A stretch of DNA of 43,885 nt, from positions 46,655,791 through 46,699,675 of the forward strand of contig NC_068997.1 of assembly GCF_001194135.2 (NCBI RefSeq), written 5' to 3'. Of this stretch, positions 1 to 10,212 are shown in pieces (position 1 is the first letter of the stretch; the number at the start of each line of letters is the position of its first letter). The notes beneath the pieces were generated by a model that did no database searches, was not told the origin of the DNA, and saw only the letters and a list, made by a program, of their open reading frames with translations. Source of the DNA: Octopus bimaculoides (taxonomy: Eukaryota). Position numbers and translations under genes: made by a program.

Positions 1-46
<46 letters not shown>

Positions 47-852
47 TGAGTAATAAGTGTTGAATACATTAATTATGTATATCTTACATCAAACAACATA
101 TGACAATCAATGTTGTTATATGTAAACACAGACTTGTTCTGAAAACTGTTACGTTGAAAGCCAAGTTAATATATAAGATGACATTAACACACAGCACACT
201 GTGTTATGTATAATTCATCTCAGCCACTATAATTTTTTTTTTTTTCTCTGTTCATTTTTTTCCCCCTCACAAAAGCTACAACTAATTCTGTAAGTAAGTG
301 AATGTTTACAATGTGTACAGGCCTGAATGAGAAAAACCGAGCAACTCAGCCATGACTATGGCCCTAATTAACAATGTTATATTACGTAACTGGAAGAGAG
401 CCAATGCCCAAAGTGTTTCTGTATTCTGACCTGAATGGTGATATCAACATGGCTATGGTCACTATGGTCAGCTTGAAGTTTTGGTGCTGGGTGGTTGTAG
501 TTGGGAAACAAGGGTAGTCCCAATGTGGTGGCCTGACCTGCCAAAATTAGCAGCCAAATTCAACTTGAATTATGCATAACCAGTTTGAAAAGAGAAGGGT
601 ACTTTGAATAATGTAGACCAAGATAAGCAATGCATAAGAGCATGCCTGTCACTAAGTGGGTGCACTAGATGACACTACCCCCTCACTATACAATGGTACA
701 TCCTCACATTTACCCCATTTTAGTGACTCAATTTTAGCACTGTGCCAACCCAGAATATTGTGAAGCACCCCTAGGCCCTAAAGTTGGGGAACAGGCCTGC
801 CTAAGAGGTAGATGGCCATGGCTGGAATGCCATTGACAATAAATCTATTGTG

Positions 853-1140
853 TTAGAGCTGACCAACAACTACATGGGCAGGAAATGAGTTACAAAGGGT
901 TTCAAATCTGGTAAGAAAGGAATAAGCAAAGCATTTAATTAACTGTTTGAAGTAGTGGAGTGTATGTGTGTGAAAAATACCCCTGGTTCTTTTGTTTCTC
1001 CTCTTCTTGTGACCCACCTGAAATTCTACATTAAGTACTATATGTCCAGTGCTTCCACCCCAATATTTCAGCCTCCTGGAATTACTCCCAACAGCACATT
1101 CTTTTTTTCTTGCTGCAGAGATTGATTCATAACTGTTCAA
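853..1140 (-). mobile_element. Decayed CR1/L2-group LINE 3' ORF fragment
   Basis: Translation has KRTRG...SFLTRFETLCNSFPAHVVVG, resembling the CR1 C-terminal TRGH...FFSxRVVxxWNSLPxxVV motif. Confidence 0.4.
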
Positions 1141-1206
1141 ATGAAATATTAACTGCAGGATTTACAGAGGCCCTCTGAAGGTCATGGGCACCACCACTTC
1201 CTTGAG

Positions 1207-1418
1207 ATATATTTATTTCTTTATTGTTCACAGGGGGCTAAACATAGAGGGGACAAACAGAGACAGTCAAAAGGATTAAGTCGATTACATCGACCCCAGT
1301 GCATAATTGGTACTTGTTTCATTGACCCCGACATCAGCACAATTTGAACTCAGAACGTAACGGCAGATGAAATACTGCTAAGCATTTCACCTGGCATGCT
1401 AACGATTCTGCCAGCTCG

Positions 1419-1419
<1 letters not shown>
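1207..1419 (-). mobile_element. tRNA-derived SINE, family A (alternative tail variant)
   Basis: Reverse strand reads GGCGAGCTGGCAGAATCGTTAGCATGCCAGG...GTTCTGAGTTCAAATT (pol III A/B-box-like); homologous copies at 21618, 35845, 41152 and elsewhere. Confidence 0.85.
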
Positions 1420-1464
<45 letters not shown>

Positions 1465-1837
1465 NNNNNNNNNNNNNNNNNNNNNNNNNNNNNNNNNNNN
1501 NNNNNNNNNNNNNNNNNNNNNNNNNNNNNNNNNNNNNNNNNNNNNNNNNNNNNNNAAACAAAAAAGAAGTGCAGATAATGAACAGAGCAGATAGGGGATA
1601 TATTGGGAGTGGAAAAAATTCTAAGATAAACTAAATTTGTTGTGGTTTAGTCAGCAGCAGGAGGGCCCCTATGATCCTTCAGCAGGCCTCCAAGACCGGA
1701 GGGAGGAGAAAGGGCGGGGGGAGAAACTATGACTCATGGGTGTTATTCTCAGACCAGGGGATCTGATCTGAATGCTTGCAACAAAAGAACTCTGCCAAAC
1801 AGCCCCAAGGCTCAAGTGCTCATGTTATCTCACTAAA

Positions 1838-2012
1838 CATGCTTTAGAACTACTCTGCCAAATATAATATTTATTTATTTACATTGTTTTGAATTAATCA
1901 TGCATCATCTTGTAACTTTGGGGCTTTAATGATGTGACTGTTTATTTTTAGAATGACATTGTAAGGTAGGTCTGAGAGGCCAGATCTGGCTGGTTTGAAC
2001 ACTGAAGGGGTC
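1838..2012. mobile_element. Degenerate copy of TTAA-flanked MITE (family F)
   Basis: Internal sequence (gaattaatcatgcat...tagaatgacattgtaaggtagg...gccagatctggc) matches copies at 38415 and 40265; termini eroded. Confidence 0.75.
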
Positions 2013-2177
2013 AATACTCTAATGATTCAGCTAATCAGTGCATAATAATGACAATGCTTTATCTCAGTAATTCAGACATGAAATAATTAATATGTACACT
2101 AAAAATTAGTTTAACTAATGTATTAATTAACAGTTATACTTACTATACATTCAGTAGTTAATAGTAATTACATTCAC

Positions 2178-2485
2178 TGCATAGAGTGGTTGTGAGATTG
2201 AGAAGCTTGCTTCCCAGCCGTGTGAACTTGGATTCAATTACATAGTAGAGAGCTTTGGGCAAGTGTCTTCTGCTACAGCTTTGGGCTAACCAAAGCCTTG
2301 TGAGTGGTTGACAGAAACTGAAAGAAACCTGTCATATTGTCATCACCCTTTAACGTCCGTTTTCCAAGCTGGCATGGGTTGGACGGCTTGACAGGGTCTG
2401 GCATGGCAGAAGACTACACCAAGCTTCACTATCTATTTTGGCAAGGTTTTTATGGCTGGATGCCTTTTCTAACACCAACCACACA

Positions 2486-2529
<44 letters not shown>

Positions 2530-2690
2530 CCTTGTCCCCTACCACAGTTTGAAAACTAGTGTTGGTTTGTTTACATACCCAAGACTTATAAACTAAGTAT
2601 TGGAGTCAATTTTTTTGGCTACAACCCTTAGAGGCAAGTGCCTGCAGCATGGCCAGTCCAGTAACTAAAACTAGTAAAAGATAAAATGCA
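2178..2690 (+). mobile_element. tRNA-derived SINE family B with internal (GT)n, interrupted by a family C insertion
   Basis: Head agaagcttgcttccc...gggcaagtgtcttc...ccaaagccttgtgagtgg and tail ...gcatggccagtcc...actaaaactagtaaaag match the near-intact copy at 40641-41058. Confidence 0.8.
2337..2483 (-). mobile_element. RTE-tailed short element (family C) fragment
   Basis: Reverse strand ends CAACCCATGCCAGCTTGGAAAACGGACGTTAAAGGGTGATGA, the same tail as 39330-39672 and 42180-42603. Confidence 0.75.
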
Positions 2691-3158
2691 ATATATTCAG
2701 TAATTGATAATTATATTAATTATACATTCAGAGCACACATACCATTGTCACAGTTAGAAACAAGAAAGCATAAAAAACAAAAAAAAAAAAACAGAAAAAA
2801 AGAAAAGACAAAATTTTTGCGAACACTAATTCTTAAATATCAGATGAAACATTGTATAAATTTGAATTATGCAACAGAAGCAGCTCTGGATAAAAGTCTT
2901 TGTCTATATGACATAGAGATAATATAGATATGTCAATGTATGTGTATTGTTGTTAGGTCAGAGACTGCAGAGGTTATCTTGGAAAGGGTACCTTCGTAAA
3001 TGTATGAGGTGTGTTAAAAATACATTACAGCCCAGATCTAAGACAAAAGGAAATCACTCTGGAAGTGACTGTAAGCATTACAGATATGTTATCAGTTATG
3101 GGGTGATTTTGCATGATCTAGCCCTGAGGTAGTATTGTAGTTTTAACACACTATAACT

Positions 3159-3485
3159 ATGAAGGTGCATGGCTCAGTGGTTAGAGCATTGGGCTCACAA
3201 TCATGAGGTAGTGAGTTCGATTACCTGACTGGGCTGTGGGTTGTGTTCTTGTGTTTCACAATGCTCCATACACTCATGAGTTGTGATGTCATTGGCGCCA
3301 AGCTGTATCAACCTTTGCCGTTCCCTTGGATAACATCAGTGACATGGAAAGGGGCTGCTGGTATGCATGGGTGACTGCTGGTCTTCCATAAACAACCTTG
3401 CCTGGACTTGTGCCTTAGAGGGGAACTTTCTAGGTTCAATCCCATGGTCAGTCATAACTGAAGGGGTTCTTTACTCTTTACTTTA
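3159..3485 (+). mobile_element. tRNA-derived SINE family D
   Basis: Head TGGCTCAGTGGTTAGAGC...GAGTTCGAT (A and B boxes); body homologous to 9040-9358 and 19470-19771. Confidence 0.85.
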
Positions 3486-3571
3486 TCTATGAAAGGGATC
3501 TTTTCCAAATGACCCCAGGAGCCACTGACTTTTCAGCAATACCCCTTTTAACTTTTACTTCCATCAGTTAT

Positions 3572-3897
3572 TAGACTGCGGTCATGCTTCAATAATTTGA
3601 ATAGAATGAATCAACTGCAGTACTTCAAGCCTGGGATTTATTCTATTAGTTCCCTTTACTCAACTGCTATGTTACAGGGACATAAACAAAACAACACCAG
3701 TCTTCAAGTGTTGAAGGGGGACAAACACAGACACTCACACGACAAGCTACTTTCAGTTTCTGTCTACAAAATCTACTCCCAAGGCTCTGGTTGGCCTGAG
3801 GCTTTAGTAGAAGACATTCGACTAAGGTGCCAAGTAGTGGGATTGAACCCAGAACCATATGGTTGAGAAGCAAACTTCTTACCATGCAGCTATGCCT
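3572..3897 (-). mobile_element. SINE family B, degenerate full-length copy
   Basis: ggggacaaacacagac...tttcagtttctgtctac...ggattgaacccagaaccatatggttgagaagcaaacttcttaccat is the reverse of the family B body and head. Confidence 0.8.
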
Positions 3898-3954
3898 ACA
3901 TAAGTTAAAAACATCATATAGATAAAAAATTGTCTGGATTGACTCAATGTTAGG

Positions 3955-4110
3955 TTTAATCCTTTAGCTTTTAAACCAGTTCTATCCAACCCAAATGTTC
4001 TTCCTGTTATATGTTCAAAACCAGCCTGAACTGGTTTCTCACATCTACCCTACAACATCATTTTAAAAGTAGGACAATCACATCATAAAAATCTTGAAGC
4101 AATGAGATAA
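3955..4110. mobile_element. Partial family F MITE, opposite orientation to 38415
   Basis: TTAATCCTTTAGC terminus followed by the reverse complement of family F internal sequence (ctcacatctaccctacaacatcatt). Confidence 0.65.
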
Positions 4111-4159
4111 TGCCCGGTTAATTCTAAGCAATGAGATAAGCAATACATGTGACAGAGCA

Positions 4160-4530
4160 ATCATCATCATCATTTAACATCCATTTCCATGCTGGCATGT
4201 GTTGGACAGTTTGACAGGAGCTGGTCAACCTCCATGTCTGTTTTGGCCTGGTTTCTACAGCTGGATGCCCTTCCTAACACCAACCACTTTACAGAGTGTA
4301 CTCGGTGTTTTTATGCAACACCAATACAGGTGCATTTACGTGGCATCAGCGTGGGTGTTTTTTTTTATATGGTACCAGCACCCATGAGCCTGAAAGATTA
4401 GGGACGATCAGTTGGAAAGGGATGCAGGGGACACGCCTGTATGCAAGGGCAACCATGCTTTTACTAAGCTTGATGTGTCTTCTCAAGCACAGCAAGCCAC
4501 ATGGAGTCTTGGTCTCCTGTCATCCCCATG
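4160..4530 (-). mobile_element. RTE-tailed element family C
   Basis: catcatcatcatttaacatccatttccatgctggcatg...gctggatgcccttcctaacaccaaccactttacagagtgt, reverse of the family C tail. Confidence 0.8.
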
Positions 4531-4539
4531 TCCCCTCCA

Positions 4540-4657
4540 CAGTGTGAATGCTAAATGGTCAAAGGCACTTACCCAAGCTGCTGTGCAACGGGATTGAACC
4601 TGGGACAATGTAATAGACAAGGAAACACACTTCTTAACCACATGGCCATGCCTGCAC
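4540..4657 (-). mobile_element. SINE family B head fragment
   Basis: cacttacccaag...gggattgaacctggg...cttcttaaccacatggccatgcctgc. Confidence 0.65.
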
Positions 4658-4696
4658 TCTGTAGCAGTCTACAGTGTATCATTTTTTAAAATCCAG

Positions 4697-4795
4697 AATA
4701 ATATACACACCCAGCCAGACAAAGTATGTTTACATACAGAAAATGAAAACATCGTTTACGCTGGAGAGAACATGTGCCAACTATATTTTCTAACG
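4697..4795 (+). CDS. Candidate isolated 99-nt phase-0 host exon encoding part of a cyclic-nucleotide-binding-like domain (NNIHTQPDKVCLHTENENIVYAGENMCQLYFLT)
   Basis: Acceptor ttttttaaaatccAG at 4695-4696, consensus donor ACG/GTGAGT at 4796, 33 open codons; E-x-I-x3-G-E-x4-L-Y-F-L spacing equals the CNBD pattern (GDYIxxxGDxxxxMYII). No partner exon found. Confidence 0.35.
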
Positions 4796-4914
4796 GTGAG
4801 TACAACGTTCTTCCCTGCAAAATACAAACAATATGTACCAACCTCCCCCACTTTCCACTCTGTACCATTGCGATCACCTCATGATAATGAAAATATAATC
4901 AAATGAAAGAAAGA

Positions 4915-5227
4915 ATATATATATATATATACATACATATATACATACATATATATATGCATACATATATATATATATATATACATACATATATATATAT
5001 GCATACATATATATATATATACATACATATATATATATATACATACATATATATATATATGCATACATATATATATATATACATACATATATATATATGC
5101 ATACATATATATATACATATATATATATATATACATACACATATATATATATATACACATACACATATATATATATATACATACACATATATATATATAT
5201 ACATACACATATATATATATATACATA
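4915..5227. repeat. (TA)n/(TACA)n compound microsatellite with higher-order periodicity, running into a gap
   Basis: Recurrent ATACATACAT(AT)nGC units; source of the long IYIY pseudo-ORFs. Confidence 0.95.
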
Positions 5228-5982
5228 NNNNNNNNNNNNNNNNNNNNNNNNNNNNNNNNNNNNNNNNNNNNNNNNNNNNNNNNNNNNNNNNNNNNNNNNN
5301 NNNNNNNNNNNNNNNNNNNNNNNNNNNNNNNNNNNNNNNNNNNNNNNNNNNNNNNNNNNNNNNNNNNNNNNNNNNNNNNNNNNNNNNNNNNNNNNNNNNN
5401 NNNNNNNNNNNNNNNNNNNNNNNNNNNNNNNNNNNNNNNNNNNNNNNNNNNNNNNNNNNNNNNNNNNNNNNNNNNNNNNNNNNNNNNNNNNNNNNNNNNN
5501 NNNNNNNNNNNNNNNNNNNNNNNNNNNNNNNNNNNNNNNNNNNNNNNNNNNNNNNNNNNNNNNNNNNNNNNNNNNNNNNNNNNNNNNNNNNNNNNNNNNN
5601 NNNNNNNNNNNNNNNNNNNNNNNNNNNNNNNNNNNNNNNNNNNNNNNNNNNNNNNNNNNNNNNNNNNNNNNNNNNNNNNNNNNNNNNNNNNNNNNNNNNN
5701 NNNNNNNNNNNNNNNNNNNNNNNNNNNNNNNNNNNNNNNNNNNNNNNNNNNNNNNNNNNNNNNNNNNNNNNNNNNNNNNNNNNNNNNNNNNNNNNNNNNN
5801 NNNNNNNNNNNNNNNNNNNNNNNNNNNNNNNNNNNNNNNNNNNNNNNNNNNNNNNNNNNNNNNNNNNNNNNNNNNNNNNNNNNNNNNNNNNNNNNNNNNN
5901 NNNNNNNNNNNNNNNNNNNNNNNNNNNNNNNNNNNNNNNNNNNNNNNNNNNNNNNNNNNNNNNNNNNNNNNNNNNNNNNNNN

Positions 5983-6043
<61 letters not shown>

Positions 6044-6074
6044 TAATATAATCACACACATACAACCTCACCAT

Positions 6075-6400
6075 ACACATTAAGTGTTGGAGCTAAAACA
6101 ACACTGGATCTAAAAACATTCCAAATTTTAATTAATTGAAGAGAAAAGTAGTTCTTTCCAGTGTGTAAATGGTTTATATTCTTGGACGACTTTCAATCCG
6201 TCAGACCATGCGTATTTTGTATTGCAAACTTGGAGAAGAGAAGAAAGAGAAACATCATCAGTTTTAAGATCAATGCATCCATATTTGATCTTGTAAACCA
6301 TAATAGGGTCTGCTGTAATTCTATGACGCTCCAGGATTTGTGCTTTCGGTTTCAAGTATTTTTGCCGCTGTAAACCAGACTATCGGATGTGGTTATACAT
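6075..6400 (-). mobile_element. CR1-type LINE 3' ORF2 fragment (degenerate)
   Basis: LERHRITADPIMVYKIKYGCIDL then, after a frameshift, IKIWNVFRSSVVLAPTLN; matches CR1 LERRRLRADLIxVYKI...WNSLPxxVVxAxSLN. Confidence 0.8.
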
Positions 6401-6469
6401 TACTAGTCACAATGCGCTTTGCATCGTTTTAGCTTTTGAATGATGCCACCTGGCAAACTAGGTGAGCAA

Positions 6470-6655
6470 GCAAACATTCTCCCCTGGTTGGGGTGGGGTG
6501 GGGGGCTACTTTGTCACAGGGTGACCCATTTGCAGCTGAGTGGACTTGGACAATGTGAAATGAAGTGTGTTGTTCAAGAACACAACACATCACTCAGTCT
6601 CGGAATCAAAGCTATGATCTGGCAATCATGAATGCAACACCCTAACCACTACACC
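6470..6655 (-). mobile_element. tRNA-derived SINE, family D-related variant
   Basis: Reverse reads GTAGTGGTTAGGGTGTTG...TTTGATTCC...TGTGTTGTGTTCTTGAACAACACACTTCATTTCAC, sharing the family D central block. Confidence 0.7.
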
Positions 6656-7328
6656 AAACTTCTTTCAGTTTCACCTTATCAAATCTCACAAGGCTTTGGT
6701 CAGCCTGAAGGTTTGGTCAGCCCGAGGCTATAGTAGAAGACACTTACCCAAGCTGCCACAGAATATAAATTGTTTTTGGTTACATTTGATTGGATTTTTC
6801 TTCATTGCTTTTGCTGGATTTAGACAAAGGGCAGTGTTCATGGCCTTCACAGACTCTCCTAGACAGATTAAGACTGATGTCATAAATATGCCTCTTGCAA
6901 GGCATCACTCATCAAAAAATAAAAATAAAAATGAGCAGAGAATGAATTCTAGAGAGCCGATGTTCTGATAATGACTTCAACCTTCTGTTGAACCATGGAC
7001 AAAGGCATTTACTCCAAATAAGAATTTAAACCATGGCAACCTGTCCAACTGATGCCAGCATGGAATGTGAACTAGTGCACCCTGTTTATTGCACTTTTAC
7101 CTCACCTTAGTGCATTTCTTACTTCTGGACCATACACCCATCCCACACATGTAATGGTGCTCGAATGAATTTGAAATTAAACTCTGAATTTTTCATCCAG
7201 GATGAGGTCTATGGCGTCAAGAGTGACTCTAAGTGAAATCCAAGATGAGCTGATATGGAAGTAGTGATACAGATAAAAATAATTAGGCTGGACATGATGC
7301 ATTCTCTTCTTAGTCTTCTGTAATTGTA

Positions 7329-7359
<31 letters not shown>

Positions 7360-7384
7360 ATCAACTTTAATTACATATATATAT

Positions 7385-7661
7385 AAGTCGGTAAATAGTG
7401 GGGTTGTGTTAACTGCACGTGGAGAAATAATAGGAAAATGAAAAATAATAATAAGGCAGAATGCTAAACTGGAAGCATATTTTAATAAAGATTTCTAACC
7501 GACTTTCATTGCATAGCAAATTTTCAAGAAGAGGGAGAATGAAAATGTTTTTTACAAAGAAGTATAAAATGAAGAAAGTAATATATAAAAAAATAAATAT
7601 ACCAATACATTATATTGTCTTTGAGCTTTTAAAGTTCAATGGTAATTCATGTAGATAATGG
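7385..7661 (-). mobile_element. Family G element (putative Penelope-type terminal repeat), truncated by a gap
   Basis: Close homology to 24946-25210 and 22566-22710; starts in a (TA)n run; carries the hammerhead-like fold at 7491-7531. Confidence 0.7.
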
Positions 7662-8429
7662 NNNNNNNNNNNNNNNNNNNNNNNNNNNNNNNNNNNNNNN
7701 NNNNNNNNNNNNNNNNNNNNNNNNNNNNNNNNNNNNNNNNNNNNNNNNNNNNNNNNNNNNNNNNNNNNNNNNNNNNNNNNNNNNNNNNNNNNNNNNNNNN
7801 NNNNNNNNNNNNNNNNNNNNNNNNNNNNNNNNNNNNNNNNNNNNNNNNNNNNNNNNNNNNNNNNNNNNNNNNNNNNNNNNNNNNNNNNNNNNNNNNNNNN
7901 NNNNNNNNNNNNNNNNNNNNNNNNNNNNNNNNNNNNNNNNNNNNNNNNNNNNNNNNNNNNNNNNNNNNNNNNNNNNNNNNNNNNNNNNNNNNNNNNNNNN
8001 NNNNNNNNNNNNNNNNNNNNNNNNNNNNNNNNNNNNNNNNNNNNNNNNNNNNNNNNNNNNNNNNNNNNNNNNNNNNNNNNNNNNNNNNNNNNNNNNNNNN
8101 NNNNNNNNNNNNNNNNNNNNNNNNNNNNNNNNNNNNNNNNNNNNNNNNNNNNNNNNNNNNNNNNNNNNNNNNNNNNNNNNNNNNNNNNNNNNNNNNNNNN
8201 NNNNNNNNNNNNNNNNNNNNNNNNNNNNNNNNNNNNNNNNNNNNNNNNNNNNNNNNNNNNNNNNNNNNNNNNNNNNNNNNNNNNNNNNNNNNNNNNNNNN
8301 NNNNNNNNNNNNNNNNNNNNNNNNNNNNNNNNNNNNNNNNNNNNNNNNNNNNNNNNNNNNNNNNNNNNNNNNNNNNNNNNNNNNNNNCTGTGCATTTATT
8401 TTGCTTTTCACCTTACACACACACACACG

Positions 8430-8461
<32 letters not shown>

Positions 8462-8554
8462 CATGCTTGTTTCTGTGTCAAGAAGTTATAAATGCAATTT
8501 TACATTAAATTGAAGAATTACTCAATACATTTTGCAGAAAACATATCGTTGATA

Positions 8555-8870
8555 TTATGTTAAACTGTCGTATGTCCAAATTTGGTGAAATGCGTTTTTT
8601 TTTCAATATTTAATTTTGCTTGCAATAACCGGTTCCTTTGGTCAAACTATTGTATCTCCAGCTGCTTCAGATGAAAATTGTCAAAGTGTAGTACAATGAT
8701 TTAGCATTTTCCAAAAGTTAAGTAAGCCCATGCATGGAGTTATGATCTTATGCCCCCAACAAAGTGTTATTGTTAAGGTGAAACTGTTGCAAATGTAAAA
8801 AGAAATGGAATGGTTAAACTATTTTTTTGTTTTCTGAAAAAACGTTTTGGACTTACGACACTTTTGCATA
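8555..8870. mobile_element. Putative MITE defined by an inverted repeat
   Basis: TGTCGTATGTCCAAA (8566-8580) is inverted relative to TTTGGACTTACGACA (8846-8860), 14/15 match, with weaker similarity extending inward. Confidence 0.45.
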
Positions 8871-9039
8871 ATAGCAATGGTATGATACATTTACAAGAAA
8901 ATTGGTGTCAGTGACTTCAAAGTCTCAGCCTGCTAACCTTCATCAAGCCTTCATCAAATGGTCTGATGAAAGCTAGTAGGCCAAAACTTGGAAATCACCA
9001 TCACCACTCTTCTTGTAATGATGTTATATATATACATAT

Positions 9040-9358
9040 GAAGGTAAGGTAAAGGCTCCCTTCAGTCATCAATGACTATGGGATTACACCAAGAAAGTTC
9101 CCTCCAAGACATAAGTCCAGGCAAATTTGTTTATGGAAGACCAGCAATCACCCATGCATACCAGCCTCCCCTCTCCACACCACCGATGTTATCCAAGGGA
9201 AAGGCAAAGGGGCTGATACAGCTTGGCATCAGTGACATTGCAAACATGAAATAAAGAGTCTTTTGAAAGAACACAACACACAGCCCAGCTCAGGAATCGA
9301 ACTCACCACCTCATGATTGTGAGCCTGATGCACTAACCACTGAGCCATGCACCTTCGC
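9040..9358 (-). mobile_element. SINE family D
   Basis: ggaatcgaactcaccacctcatgattgtgagc...ctaaccactgagccatgcaccttc is the reverse head; body matches 3159-3485. Confidence 0.85.
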
Positions 9359-9529
9359 ACACACATTCTTGTTAATTCTTGCCCTCTTTCTCTCCCCCTC
9401 TCTAGCTGGGTAGCCATAGATCTCCCCTACAACAAAACATCTGTTTCAGCCTCTGTCACACTCTAATTATCACCTGACACAAGATCACCTCCACCAATGC
9501 CCCTTCCCGTCTCAAAGACTCTTTGTCTT

Positions 9530-9830
9530 GCAAAGTCACTTGGTGACCCCATCAGTGCAGGTGCCACTTAAAAAGCACCCAGTACACACTGTGAAATGGT
9601 TAGCATTTTGAAGGGCACCCAGCTGTAAAAACCACACTAAAACTGACCTCACCTATGCAAGTGCAATGTAAAAAGCACTCAGCCCACTCTATGAAGCGGT
9701 TGGTATTAGGAAGGGCACCCAGCAGTAAAAACCATGCCAAAGCAGACACAGAAGCATGGCACAGGCTCCTGCCAGGCCATCTAGCAAACTGTCCATCCTA
9801 TGCCGTATGTAAGGAGGACATTAAATGATG

Positions 9831-9832
<2 letters not shown>
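9530..9832 (+). mobile_element. RTE-tailed element family C with internal duplication
   Basis: Two copies of aaaagcacccagtacac...tggttagcatt...gaagggcacccagctgtaaaaacca; ends ggacattaaatgatgat. Confidence 0.75.
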
Positions 9833-9868
<36 letters not shown>

Positions 9869-9873
9869 TATAT

Positions 9874-10212
9874 AAAGGAGACCACTAGGTGGACTACTAA
9901 TGTGCTAGAAGAAGATCACATGTCATGTGTCTACTAAGACCAAATAATTCTCAAAGGGAATTTAGTGAAGTAGCAAAAACGTAAACGGGCAAGACGAGTG
10001 AAAATTACATAAAAAATACAATTATCTGTAAACATGTTTCGAAATTAATACTTTCTTACCGAAAATATCTGTTTCTCATCAGTACAGACTGTTGGATAAA
10101 TACAGTTTACAGATATTTTTTTCTGAATCTCCCTGATTCTTTTAATGTGCTTGTTCCCTGGTATTAAATCGATATTAATTAATATCCAATTTTTTACCCT
10201 ATTATTTAATTC
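9874..10212 (-). mobile_element. Penelope-like terminal repeat fragment between two (TA)n tracts
   Basis: Contains the minimal type I hammerhead at 10025-10088; flanked by (TA)n at about 9833-9873 and 10213-10234. Confidence 0.6.
10025..10088 (-). ncRNA. Minimal type I hammerhead ribozyme motif
   Basis: Minus strand: UCUGUA [stem I] CUGAUGA [core] GAAA-CAG-AUAUUUUC-GGUAA-GAAAGUAU-UAA-UUUC [stem II] GAAA C-AU-G UU / UACAGA [stem I, 6/6 pairs]; palindromic ACAUGU stem III; GUU triplet. Confidence 0.8.

Noticed and set aside
2958-3010. GYLGKGTFVNV resembling a kinase glycine loop
   Set aside because: Immediate stop and no downstream VAIK or other kinase motif.
3159-3235. tRNA gene calls at SINE heads (also 32337-32410, 21066-21120, 38290-38360)
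   Set aside because: A/B boxes are present but there is no complete cloverleaf, and each continues into SINE body or is decayed.
4874-6083. Long ORFs (up to 395 aa) and similar ones at 7610-8508, 11195-12004, 28380-28991, 29548-30128, 42756-43166
   Set aside because: Made of N runs and dinucleotide repeats (IYIY, HTHT, RERE); not coding.
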